Below are positions 1 through 12,348 of a stretch of DNA of 35,042 nt, one piece after another. The stretch's first letter is position 1, and each line of letters opens with the position of its first letter. The stretch is from Phoronis australis (Eukaryota; Animalia; Phoronida): contig NMRA01001251.1 in NCBI GenBank assembly GCA_002633005.1, forward strand, positions 1 through 35,042, in the 5' to 3' direction. The translations under genes and the position numbers were made by a program. Below the pieces are notes generated by a model. It was not told the origin of the DNA. It was given only the letters and a program-made list of their open reading frames with translations, and ran no database searches.

Positions 1-630
1 ACAACATGTGACAGACTACATGTACCCATATGTCGCTCAGGTAGCCCCAGCATCACGTAAAGGGTTTGAAATTTCTTGGTGATTCAAAAACAACTTAGCT
101 GAAAGTAGAGATGTGACCATCTTTTGCCGATTAATAAGGCTGTCATTTTCACGTTTACTGTCTTGCGATAAAAAATGAGACGCATATTTCCACGTCACGA
201 TAGTCTGTCACCGTTTGCACGCTAACAATGGGACCGACCAATACCGTATAGTCACATATCAGTGATACTGTTGCGGATATTTGATAATAACGTCACATCT
301 TACGTGAAAAATTACGTTTTTCTACCACAAAGTTTGACAAGGTGATCGTTTAAAAATTAGTAAAAGACCGCTATATTGTGACGTGGTAAGAAACGTTCTT
401 CGGTGCATTTGGAAATTTGCAAAAGTAGCCGAAAATGTTAGCCAATAAAACGCGTCAAAGATCGATTGTGCATTATCCCATGTTCACACGATATGCTTAC
501 AAGTCATCGGGAGGGCTGCTCAGAGTTACATGTAGTGTTCTTTTGAACTTGATTTGGCAACAACCAAATCACGGTCGGATTCAAACAATTTGCTTGGTAT
601 TTGCCAGTTATCTGCCAAGAAGTTTAAAAA

Positions 631-758
631 CTCAGCTCGCAGACTTCGGAAATTGCAGGTCGCAATTTGCGACTTGATACCAGGTGCCAAAAATCTCAGC
701 TCGCATTTCCGAATTTCAGGTCGCAAATGCGATCTGCAGCTCGTTATGTTGAGCCCTG
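631..758 (+). repeat. 64-bp-period imperfect duplication ending in a hAT-like terminus (...gagccctg)
   Basis: ctcagctcgca...caggtcgcaa.ttgcga occurs at 631 and 695. No convincing partner TIR. Confidence 0.45.
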
Positions 759-3308
759 CTAACTTAAAAGTACCATCGGTGTCTCACTCGAGTGATGAAA
801 GCGTAATTAAACTAAACCACTTACTCACTATGTCATAAGATGTACATCATGGTGGTTCTTGGTGGGTGATTTTTACAACGGCTGCCTGTAACTCACCTCA
901 AGAGTTCACGCTTGCCGACCGAATTTGTAAGAAGTTGTTCGAAACGTTTGAGGGCTCACGAGTATTATTTCATTGTTGATAATTATATGGAAAAGTCGTT
1001 TTCATTCTTAATATCTTTTTACGGGCGAAAATATTTGGTTTCCTTTCAAATAAGTATAACTAAAGGCTGTGAACTCGGGGTTCACGTTGTACACACCAAT
1101 TCTGTAGGAACATGCAACCAATATTGTGCAACCAGAACACTTTTAAGTTCCTAGAAATGAAGAAAACGTGATAGGATGACACGTAATGGATTAGTGTACA
1201 TGTACGATGGTATGTCGAACTGTTCTTACCGCTACTACGGCAGCAGGATACATGCTCTAACACTTAATGTTTGCGTGATGTTGACAAACATCATGTAGTT
1301 TAACGACGACTGGCACAAAAAATGGACGTGAAACATCCCTAGAGATAGCAAATAAAATCATGGTTCTGGGATATAGGGAAGATTTTAAAATGAAAAAGTA
1401 TCGTTCTTTTCTTCAGATTTCCCTTGAGGTATCGAAGACGGAAGCAATCACTTGAGAGATTTGTGACTTTGGTTATATAGTTTATATGTCGCAATATTCA
1501 ATAATTATGCATGCCTTTGGGATTGACATGTTGCGGAAATCGTGCATGATAGGCGCCTTTTTGCAGCAATAAATTTTCATTAACGGAATTATGTATGATC
1601 AGCAAATATTAGGTTAAACGTGAAACGTGGGCCGTCTGGGATGGATTTTCTTCCATTTATTAACTGCTTTTGGAGACGAAGAGAACGAATGAAGAAGAAA
1701 AAAAAACAATGAGAGCTTTCTGTAAACAATGTTCGAAAAAGCCTTTGTAGCCACATTTTTTCGTGAACGTGTTGCCTCGTAGAACAAATTTTTGACCATG
1801 GCCGCAATATGGAAGACATGATCGTGCTAAGTTTTGTACCGTCTGCAGACATACAGACCCACCTATCGGCTATCACTAGCCATTCTGAGGTGCGACAGGT
1901 GGCGTTCACATACTTTGCAACATCAATAGACTTTGGAAGCTGAGATACACTGTACATGTACACGTACTAAATGAGCTAACTGAATGCCGACGACGCTTAA
2001 TCGAGATTTACTTAAACACCCTTCGGACAACACGGTGGATAACCTATCTTATATATAAGTTCCAATGGCACCGTTAGCATAGCACGTGCATATCTACCGT
2101 ACGCTATGCACATGCACAAAGGCATTACATGAAAACCTTTGCTAAATGACAAATTGAAATCTAATCATTTACGTGTTTTAGTATTCAAGACATCACCTTT
2201 CTTTATAAACGTAGTACTGATGCTTCTACCCTGCAGCGATATTCCGTTGTTATCTGGCCCCTTTTTTAATTGGAATTAGTTGTAATAAATTGTGTTGAAC
2301 TCAATTGATGGGCATGTTGTATTGACGTGTGAATTTAACTAGCCGTGGCAGACAAGGCCTGAAGCACTAAAGATTTTCCGGTTCTTTACAAGCCAGCATA
2401 AATATTATTTCGAATCTGAGTATATGAATCAAAATGATACCAATTTTATTTCAATAAGCGGCCGACAACAAAATCTTTTTTTTAAAGGAGGTGCTAGTTT
2501 TTTGCCCCTAAAAAAAGATGCATTTCGAAAACAACAAACCTTGATAAAGTTGCGTTTCTACAATATTTTAAATTGATATAAATCACCTCGACGGCCAATT
2601 TTTTTGGTGCGGCACCAGAGATCCAAAAATCAATTTCCTATACTGTATTCTGTTAATTTAAAAATGTGTCATGCTAAAATATCATTATTTGATATTTAAT
2701 TTATTTTGCTGTCAAAAATGTGTTTCACGGAGATTTAATGAAACACTGCGGAAATATTATCTTTAAATTATTTGAGACAGATAATGTGTCTCCAGCTCCC
2801 TATATGTACATGTACCCCAGCGCCTGCTGGTGGCTATTCCGCTTCACGTTCACCTATTATCTGTTCTTGATCCTGTCAAGGCGTTTTCCTGTTTGCCACG
2901 CCGCATACAACATGCAATTGCACAACAGAAATTCCCTACTTACTGATTTAGTGCAACTTTGCACTGGTGCGTAGAGCTAGAGCGACATCTATTTAATGAA
3001 ACAAGAACCAAACTAGTAGGCTTTTAAGAAATTAGCTAGAATTGACTTGCTGCAAATGGAAAAGGATTATATGACTTTTTCTTCTTTTTAATAGATGCAG
3101 TCAAGATCTCATACGACATTTCAATATATACACTGTTTTGTAGACTTCCATAATGTTGGTCTGATACATATTTGATCACTTTCAACAATACAGTTTTAAC
3201 TGTTTAAGACGTTGATCTCAAATGTTCCCATTTTATGGAATGCCTGAGTGTTCACTTATGTCATTAGTCTCGAACTGTTTTTTTAATCAAAGTTAGAGTG
3301 TATTCCAG

Positions 3309-3759
3309 TGGCCGGTTGCATGAAACCGTCCCAAACAGGGACTCAACTAAGGTCCCTAAGTCGTTTTGCGTATTTGTGTTTTGTTGGAGTCACAGATGAA
3401 ATATGTTTCTTCAGTTCATCTTTATTGTGATCTCCTCTTTGAATAATGACAGTTTCTAGTAATATACTGTAACTAAAACTGACTGAGCCCTGAGTTCATT
3501 GAAAATAAATAGGGACTCAGTCCTTAAATTTGGGGTGTTGCATGAAAAGATCCCTAATTATTTTCGATAAAAGATGTTGACAATTCACCGTTACGGTAGA
3601 GTTCACTTTCGATTTGTATCAAAGTCTAAAGTTGACTTAATGAGGAAGCTAAAACAATACAAGAAAGGGCAATCGATGTTATTACGAGTCCAAAAATACG
3701 CAGAAAGTTTAGGGAGCTTAGTTGAGTTCCTATTTGGGACTGTTTCATGCATCTGGGCA
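3309..3759. mobile_element. MITE with ~65-bp imperfect TIRs and 3-bp CAG target-site duplication (PIF/Harbinger-like)
   Basis: Left end tggccggttgcatgaaaccgtcccaaacagggactcaactaagg. Reverse complement of right end tgcccagatgcatgaaacagtcccaaataggaactcaactaagc. CAG at 3306-3308 and 3760-3762. Confidence 0.8.
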
Positions 3760-4943
3760 CAGGGCTTCGACAGACCCGACACTGAGCTATTGCTTGAGAA
3801 CAGGAGACACTGAACAGTTCTCATGGGGATTTGCTTGTCAGAATACACGTCAATGCACTCTTCACCCTTTCTTCACTTTGTCAAAAACTGCGTGCAAATA
3901 AGGAAATTTTTTGAGTCATTTTACATCAGAAGCCATACAGATGAGCACAGAAACTTTGTTCTCTCTTGCATTTTTGACTCTTTCACTCCCAGTGGAAACC
4001 AAGCTGAACTAAGAAAAATGAGGGCAAAAAACGCAAAATCGGCACTTTCCACCCCAAAATCACCACTTTCCTGCCGATGCTAGACTAAAGCCAACATTAG
4101 ATTCCGAAAGCAAATTTCCTACCGATTCCAAAAATGTGGTCCAAAAGTACTGTCGACCAACTATTTTTTTGCAAATCTGGCTTGTTTGAGGGCTACCTGA
4201 AATCGCGGCCAATTTCTCAGTTGCTACACAGCAAGGCACAACTGCAAAAGGGGGCCACCATCTTGAAGAAGACTGTGCAGCTACAGCAGAGAAACGGGCC
4301 TTTTTTCATTTCCAGCATGTTCACAAATACAAAAAAAACACACATTCACTTGGCTTACACACAATACCTACATGTAACTAAAAATGCCCCCAAGCCTGGT
4401 CTAGCCCTAGATTTTAACATTTTGGGAGTGCAAATTGGCCGCGGCCACAACCTAACTATTCTGTGCCACCACAGGCTCGAAAAATGGGCATGTCACGTGT
4501 GGTGTTACGTCATGCGCAGAACTGGACTCTGAAAATGATAACGATCAGCCAGTTCTTTGCAACAAGGAAATCATATCTCAGCAAGAAACAAGCTGAGACC
4601 AATTTTAGAACGGTGACTGGTTTAAATCAAACTATCGCTTCTTAAACATCACGCAGGTTCGCTTCAAGTATTGTTATAACTTGTATATTCATGTTCTGCA
4701 TAGTGACGTCATGTTACTGTCCGGAGTCCCCAAGTAGAACAGTATGTACATGTAAGCAATGTACATGTAAGTTCATTACGTGCTACTAATGGCGATATAA
4801 ACATTGGCTATTTGTTTTGTAAACAATTCTTGAAAACCAAAGTGCAGCAGTTTAAGCTGGAGGCTTGCTGAGCCCATAGTTCAATACCGCAACACGTCAT
4901 GTTAAAACATTTATGAACAAGAATGAATGAACTAATGTTAGGT

Positions 4944-4960
4944 ACACACACACACACACA
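4944..4960 (+). repeat. (AC)8 microsatellite
   Basis: acacacacacacacaca. Confidence 0.9.
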
Positions 4961-5894
4961 TATTATTTTCAGTATTCAAATCAATTCACTTCAATGTGTA
5001 AGTCCACGTAGATAATGGACAATAACGATGGGCGAAGAAATTCGATAATCGATGCTGGTGAATAACAAATGATAAGAGCATTCCAAAATTATGTGAGTAG
5101 TGTTCCAAAGTCGTTAATATTTTTTGTAAAAACATAAATGAAGAATATATAATAAGTCTCGGGGAAATTTGAAAATTGGTAGGAAACACTGTCGTTGTGT
5201 GGCAACTTCTAATGACTTTAATTACGAGTTCCCGTCACACTTACTGATTAGAAATGTTGTAGTAATTATTAGTGCACCGTTTAGAACAGACTTTGCTGTC
5301 GATATTAAATTAAAGATTGGGGTTTTGACGAGGCATCCAGCTGAGATATCGATCAACCTGCCTGGTTCTTATCAATGTTAAAGTCTCAAACTGTAGTTCT
5401 CGCCTTCTAGTATTCAAGGGACAAATGATTCCTGTAACCACCCGTGCTTCGGTAAATAATTAGAGACTACAATGTATAGGTGCGCTCTTCCACTCCGTTC
5501 ATATCACACTCGGAACTTCGGCTTGACTTGAATTACTGTTGGTCAGTCAAAATAATAATTCAAAACCTGTGTTAAACAATCACGTCACCGACGTGAAGCA
5601 GCGTACAGAGCAAGAGCTTGATAGATTGACTGTTAAACAGTGCTGGAGTTTTGATTGTCACAACGAATGCTCCAAAACAAGGGAATTATGTGCACGGGTG
5701 TGATATGCCGGTAAGTCGATTATTAAGAGTCATTTGGACCTTTGCCGATAAAGAAACAATTGCGACCAAACATGTACGTTTTAAAGGATTTTTTAAGATG
5801 CGATCGATTTCGCACTTGGGTCAACAATGCAATCGATTACATACATGTAGATTGCTTCAAGAGCAGAAAGCTGACACTTCGGCTCAAGAACAAC

Positions 5895-6228
5895 ATGGAT
5901 TTTTCGTGTGCTCTGTATATTTGGATTCTGGTGTGTATTCAAGCCCTTTTTGCGTTTGATCCTGTTTCTTCAAAAAATCTTGTGCAGTTTACCAGGTATC
6001 TTGACGACGCCCGCTTCGTGGCCAGCACGAATTCCACGAGAAGTCTGCAAGTCAGGAGACTTTCCCTGTGTTCTCAGCTTTGCCTGTTAGAGTATGCTGA
6101 CCAATGCACGTTTATGAACTACTGTTTCGCCAACAAGACGTGTGTGATTAGTAATGGCGCTGTAGATCCTTACCTGATGGTAACAGCTCCGGCTGTTGGT
6201 TGGACTAGCTACCATACGTACGAAATCG
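5895..6228 (+). CDS. Exon 1 of secreted PAN/Apple-TSP1 protein (signal peptide + PAN/Apple-like domain)
   Basis: ATG at 5895 (caacATGg). Hydrophobic N-terminus MDFSCALYIWILVCIQALFA. PAN-like Cys pattern CSQLCLLEYADQCTFMNYCFANKTCVIS. Strong donor G|GTGAGT at 6229 (phase 1), matching exon 2. Confidence 0.8.
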
Positions 6229-7188
6229 GTGAGTTTCAGTGAACATCACTCCTTCTCTGTTTCAGTTATACGTAACAAAAAAATTTGCTACGCAATAAAG
6301 AATATTTTGCTCATCCCATGCCAAATGACGTTATATGGACGTAGCAAAGTATTCTTAAATTTGCGAGATCTACATGTATGTGGCGAGCTTATAAGCGGGC
6401 AGCATGGTTATAGCTTACGGGACACCTCCATTGTTTTCCTTCGTTGCGTACATTATATGTTGGACATAGAATACAGGTTTCGTGGATAACATACCTTGGA
6501 CGCACGTCAGCTCGTTATCGATAAATGTTTGCCATTATCTTTATTTTAAGAAAGCAAAACAAAGTGAACAATGGACACGCCTTTATATGGCTATGTATGC
6601 GACGAGCTTGCGACATAGTTTCCCGTTTTTCTTTACTTTTTAGAAATAACGCCTAATGTAGTAACTGGCTCTTGCCGTCGTCTTCATTCATAAAGCCTTT
6701 TTCAATTTCCTTTCTTGAATCGATAAATAGATCAACAAGATTACATTAACAGTGTTTTACAGCACACATCACTGTCACTACTTGCTTACACAATAGCGTC
6801 ATCGACGATACCTCCATACTAGCCAACGACCACCACTCCATGAAAACCACAAGCTATTACTTGGATGTTTTCATAGCACAGGAGCGAAAACGGCAGAAAA
6901 TATCTGTTTCGTTCCAATCATCACGCGTTTTCCAACAATATCATCATGCTATATATCATCTTTACCATAACTGTTCATATAACACGCCACTTGTAATCGA
7001 GCTGCTGATTAAGTTCTTAAACGAGAATGCCACACGATTTAATTAGTCTTTTTTACCGTCTTAATCGGTCGGTCTACATCCACATCGCCTCTTATACGGT
7101 CGACCTCACCTTGCCGAGAGGTGTCGTGTTAACCTGTGAGGAATTTGAGAAACGACGCAGCGACGTCAGTGGTTCGTCTGCAGAGTGA

Positions 7189-7410
7189 ATGCCGCTACAT
7201 TGCTGTGCATCGCTCCCGCTTGTCCGAACTATGAAGCTGCGAAGAAAGTGGTTATATCATTTTTTCGACTTCCTCGAGAGCCCGAAATGCTTGGGAAGTG
7301 GCTCGCGGTAGTGAATAATGAAAGATACGGCGCTGTTAATAGCAAGTATGAGGCCGTGAAACATCTCCGTGTCTGTGGCCGGCATTTCGTCGACAGTGAT
7401 TTCTCTGACG
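7189..7410 (+). pseudogene. THAP zinc-finger remnant (N-terminus of transposon protein), frameshifted and truncated
   Basis: CIAPACPN...SFFRLPREPEMLGKWLAVVN...LRVCGRHFVDSDF matches the THAP C2CH signature with the conserved P, W and F. ATG at 7189 (MPLHCC) is out of frame with the rest; removing 2 nt restores MPLHCCIAPACPN. Confidence 0.85.
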
Positions 7411-7422
7411 AATTTGGCTTAC

Positions 7423-7536
7423 CAAAGAACTATCCATACGTTCCGTTGCCTGTGAATGTTCACGGCGCCTCTCTAGTATTTCTTGATCAGTGTATTCCGG
7501 TTCGAACTGATAGCCTGTGAAATCTAACGATCCCAT
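7423..7536 (-). pseudogene. First-exon remnant of a second transposon gene (YQFEPEY motif; possibly P2X7 C-terminal/ballast-like or Kolobok accessory protein)
   Basis: MGSLDFTGYQFEPEYTDQEILERRREHSQATERMDSSL followed by donor GTAAGC. The Y-x-FEP start is one I associate with invertebrate P2X7-C-terminus-like proteins; this assignment is from memory and unverified. Confidence 0.5.
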
Positions 7537-8105
7537 CCGTGAAGTCTTCGTCGGGTGAGCTCTTGACTAAGTCGGGAATGGCGCCGGGCGATTTGCTATG
7601 TAGACGTTCATGATTCTGCGTTCTGTTTCAAAATGAATTATTCTCATCCTAACCAATGCTTATATAAAACTGAAACAAAGTCTGTCTCATTAGATGCAAT
7701 TTGTAATGCCTTTGCAGTATTCGTGAGTGCAAATGTTGAGAAGCCAGCAATGGCCTCTGCGTTGACCGGCATTTGATGCCGACAATAAAGGTAATTGACC
7801 GGGCGCCTAGGCTGTGTGAGCGCATGATAATTCAGTGTTTGCTGACAGAAAGCTGTTGTAAAAAAATTACTCGATTTCATATACTGTGGTCACATGTTAG
7901 GGGAGTCTTTATTTAGAAATACAAATACATTATTCAAATCATTTTTACTGTACAACCTTTGCCCCGACGGTCTGTGGAAGGGGAACCCGACAAGTAAGTA
8001 GATTTTCGCATAAATAATTACATGCACATTATTTCTTTGGCTCACTATTATAGTGTTTCGTGACTGGAGATTTAGTTTCCAACTCAAGCTGGTTTATGTT
8101 GGTGC

Positions 8106-8222
8106 CAGTCCCGGCGGCCACGACGGGCTTGATTGGTGGGTTCCGAGCCACTGGTCGGTATAACGAGTCAGTCCGGCCGAGACAAGCCTGATCGGGTTCC
8201 GAGCCACTGGCCGGGATAACAA
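8106..8222 (+). repeat. Imperfect tandem duplication (~56-63 bp) inside the Kolobok-like element
   Basis: gggttccgagccactgg occurs at 8138 and 8194, and cagtcc(c)ggc at 8106 and 8169. Confidence 0.7.
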
Positions 8223-11133
8223 GCGTTTTGTGTGTTTAGAACTCAAAAAATCACAAGTCTAAACAACACAGATCTATGTTTTTCTGTCTGTATTTCACGG
8301 AAGAATACTCCGAATTTATCTCCGAACAGACCCCAAACTCCTGCTACGGACCTAGGGAAATTGGCCTCCCGAACTTTGTAGGCTACGGTGGGTCCAAATA
8401 CCAATAAACCCGTAACAGCGAAATAAAACAACACGTTTTATAAGAATTCGTTGTATTTTTAAGGGTTTTACATCTAAGTTTGGTGATTTATTGGTGTTAA
8501 ACGATGAATGCAAGCGGTAAGCCGACACCAGTAACCCGTGTTGTGAACTGCTGAACGGACTGCGCGTGAAACCAATGACGTCATTGGATAATTTCGACAC
8601 CTCCGTCTGACGTCAGGTGTCAGGTAACACAACCGAACGTGCCGTTATCGAGTAGAACTACTCGATCTAAATTGATGCAAAATAGGTTGTTTTTGGGTGG
8701 CATTCTCCTTTAAGGCTCAGAAAACATACTTATATGGTCCCATAATTTTTTGAAAATTGACGCGGTAGCGTGACATTTTTTAATCGTGCATTTTTCATGG
8801 AAAAAACGTGGATCCGGTGTCAATCTGGCGACAAGAGGCCTCAAGTCTATTGAGAGTAGTTGTGATCAGCTGCTCGGTAATGTTATTGCATTAGATTCTG
8901 AAGGAGAGGTGGATTATTCAAGACAAAATCATTCGAAATTACAATAGTTTTAGTGCGCCCGTTGGCCCTTGATAGTGCGCTGTCAATGAAATTTTTATAC
9001 GCTATTGACGCGGGATGTGCACCTACAATTATCCACTGGCATGAGTATTCTCTGAACTGTATTACGCGTATTATGGGAGTAAAGCTGTGTACATTTATGG
9101 TATCATGCTATCATTTGCAAGCGTTTCGCTCTCGTGAAAGAATTCCCTTTCGTCTAAGTGTTTTCAGGCGTGCGCGGAGTGAAAGTTTGATTACGGTCCA
9201 TCACACTTGTACATGTAGTCGTCGTTGAGATTGCTCTATACAATGGTTGCCAATTTCCGTGTGACTTTATTAATAGGTGAAATGAAATTTCTCCATGTCT
9301 TTTGCTTTCTCATAATTTATTTGTCTTTTGTTTGCTTGATTCTTTGTTCGCACTCTACACGTCGTATTTCTTATTCTATTACTATGGAGTTTACAAAAAA
9401 GATGTTTAATGTGAATACCTCGGAGCCTATTGTTTTTAATTGAATTCGGACGCGAGATGACGATGTGGCGGCTAATTTGTTTTGCGGAGGCATCACGATA
9501 ACTCTGTTGTTTCTCAGTGGGACATTTGGGATTTTTTCTGTGGACAGATCTTTTCAAGGGCTATTGTGAAAGTGTAATTTGTTTTTTTCTATGGTTTACG
9601 GTTCTCGATTTATTCTAAATCTTCCCAATGACTGATCTTATGTCGTATCTTCGACGTCCCTTGACAGATCTGTGTTAAACTTGGTTATGTGGATAGATTT
9701 TTGTCAAGCGCTATAGCCATTGTGAAACTCGTTTCTCGCTACATTCTCGCGGTATTAGATATTTACCACTTAGTTGACTGCTCATTTACATTGTATGTAA
9801 TTACTAATTTCTAGTTGCACTTCGTTGGCCTGCCATACGTGTTTTAGAGATCGCATTTGTCGTATGACCGACATGAAATTTACTGTAAAACGTTTATCAA
9901 GTCAAGAATTCGAGAAATTGATTTTTGGGTGCATTCGGAATGAAAATGGCTCCGTGACGGCCATATTTTGAATTATGTTTTCGGAGCTCTAGCTCTTAGA
10001 CCGAAAATTTCACATTTGGTATGTAAACAGATCTTCTAATGCGCTACCTAAAATGCGCAACGACTTATCATTCTGGAATAATTTGAGATTTTCTTATGTA
10101 TCTGTCATTTCTTGACTGACTCTATAATGCATTTTCAATAGTTAATCGTTAAAAAATGTTGGCGTAATAGCCGTCGGAGTAATGATTGTTGGCGTTCAAA
10201 GTTTCGTCGTCGACTTCGCCTTTATGATTTCTCTAAGTGTCGCTCCTGAGAGCGCTTTCATTGTGCACATATGTACATATACTGAATGTGCATGATAACG
10301 TCGTACGAAACTGACGAATATTGTATCCAGTCGAACGCCTGCTGCAAATCAGACCTGCTGGGTCCGTTTCTGTGAGATGCACGTCGTCATCGAATACAGG
10401 GGGAAAACAAGTTGATCTCGTTTATATGGATAACATTGCCGTGAAATACCATTCAAATGCTAAGCGCTGCGCCCGAGACCCACCAAAACACTAATTACAA
10501 AAAACCACACATATTACTGAGAGGGAGGTGTAGGGGGGTTGTCTCTCTTATTCCAATCTTTCGAACTCCAAACATCAAACCGGCGATACCGCACATTCCA
10601 CGATGAGCTAAATGACTAAAATCGTCATCATTACTTTACCCCTTTACGTATTCCCTACTTCGCATCACGCTTTCATTGTTACACTAGTGCTTTTGACGTC
10701 ATGCATCACAATTACACGGATGTTCAGTAATGGCTTATTGTTCAATTAGACCTTAGGAACAGAGATGTACATTGTCAATACATGTAATTTCCGAGGTCTT
10801 GGTTATTTTTCTCCCTGTCTGGAAACTGCTGGGGATTTTCGTACTTGAAACCCGGTCCACAGAGCGGTAATACATTTCCAATCTATTAGTAATTTAAAAC
10901 GCAGTGAAACTGGCCCAAGTATTATTATTCCTTTTAGGATTGACATCCGAATTTTGCTCGACTGGGCCTAATCCGTGACGTCATGTCTAGCGGACAAGTT
11001 GGACTTGAAATACAAAGCAGTGCCGGTACATAATGAGGCCAAACTTTGACAAATGATCGTCATCCAGACGAAAACAAACTTGGAATTTTTGCATTCTCAC
11101 ACGAATACATGTAAATATATTTCTGTGTTGTAG

Positions 11134-11471
11134 AGGATGGGTATTGGGGCGCCTGGGGTCAGTGGTCTGCCTGTAGCGCAACTTGTAATGAAGGAACCCG
11201 CTCGAGGACCCGCAGTTGCGTTCCGCCGAAGTATGAAGGGAAATCTTGTCAAGGGAACAGCAGTGCCAGTGAAACCTGCAACGAACAGGAGTGTCCCTGG
11301 GTACTGGTGTTTAAAGGAAGTAAAGGCATTGGGTCGTCTGCTCGAGATTTATGGGTTGGCAGCGGTTACACGTCATCACCTTCTGCGGACATGTTACAAA
11401 CGAACAGTGGGTCGTCTGCACACTACAAGAGCTCCATAGTGGAAAACTGGTCGAGTTTAAACGTACAAAAG
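11134..11471 (+). CDS. Exon 2: thrombospondin type-1 repeat plus start of C-terminal domain
   Basis: Acceptor ttctgtgttgtag|. Reads (E)DGYWGAWGQWSACSATCNEGTRSRTRSCVPPKYEGKSCQGNSSASETCNEQECP, with the canonical WxxWxxW, CSxTC and RxRxRxC TSR motifs, then WVLVFKGSKGIG...HYKSSIVENWSSLNVQK. Donor AAG|GTAAGC, phase 0. Confidence 0.93.
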
Positions 11472-12190
11472 GTAAGCCACTCTTATTATTTCTCACTGAT
11501 TCTGCATCTATTTGTCACATGATACGTTCCGGACTAAAAGCTTTGGGGACGGTGTTCCTACCGTCCGCTGCTGCACGGAAGGATATCTGAGAGACATACA
11601 GTGAGATCAGTCCTCTAGATATCCATGAACCTATTTTGACAGCTAAAATCCGCTTTGAAACAAGCTCTGTACGAATAGTGTATTTTTTAAAATTTTCTTA
11701 ACTGATCCAAGCAGGCCATCAGAACTGTACTTAGCCACCAAATGATCTTAAGGCCAGAGAATCTAACACTTTATCTAGGCCAATCGATATATTAAAACAG
11801 GTCTCACTTACGCGAACAACTGTAATTGGTTAAACCTTGTTAAATGTAATAAAATATAGTCGCATAGTGTTTATGGCACCGGCAGATTTTTTTGGTGAAA
11901 TCGTACGTTAACATAAATTAGTTTTACTCATAAAACCGTCAATCCCATATAACGACCCACCTTAACTAGTGAAAAACGTCATATTAGTCACATTTTCGTC
12001 ATCAGTAACACGACCTGACGGCATATAATAACCCAGTTTGAAAACCTTTTAATTATATTTATCGATTGCCATGTACATTTGAGCCTACTATGCGCAGAGC
12101 TATCAATTAGTGATGGTCTCCGTCAATAGAAGTTTTAACGCTGAAGTTAAATAGCTTTGGGTAACTAATACATGTAGCAGCTGCAATTCG

Positions 12191-12348
12191 CAGTGGCGGT
12201 CTTAGAGGGGGGCCAAAGGGGGCAGGCCCGCCCCCTAAAATTCTCCCAGATTACATTTGGCAGTTCGGAGGTGCGAATGTCTGAAGGGCAAAGTCCTGTC
12301 TAATACTTTGCCCTGGACCCTCAACTCAAAATCCTGGATCCACCCCTG
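12191..12348. mobile_element. Short hAT-like MITE remnant
   Basis: Ends CAGTGGCGGTCTTAG and reverse-complement CAGGGGTGGATCCAG, with G/C-run subterminal sequence typical of hAT MITEs. No 8-bp TSD visible. Confidence 0.55.

Larger units (their letters stand above)
7021..8709. mobile_element. Internally deleted Kolobok-like DNA transposon in intron 1 of the PAN-TSP1 gene
   Basis: TTAA at 7017-7020 and 8710-8713. 13-bp TIR ACGAGAATGCCAC / AGGAGAATGCCAC (1 mismatch). THAP-coding remnant inside. A TTAA TSD with purine-purine termini and a THAP domain fits Kolobok rather than piggyBac. Confidence 0.75.

Noticed and set aside
3760-4410. Possible hAT-like element (cagggcttcgac ... gtctagccctag) and 132-aa ORF 4134-4532
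   Set aside because: The terminal match is too weak, there is no TSD, and the ORF has no recognisable motif.
5742-5894. Upstream extension of ORF 5742-6242
   Set aside because: It starts at TTG. The ATG at 5895 has good context and directly precedes a signal peptide.
8714-10140. TE-like sequence starting TTAA-GGCTCAG with an internal ~150-bp imperfect duplication
   Set aside because: No partner TIR or coding remnant found, so boundaries cannot be supported.
11137-11439. 100-aa ORF MGIGAPGVSGLP...
   Set aside because: Shadow frame of the TSP1 exon; the real frame is the WxxWxxW one.
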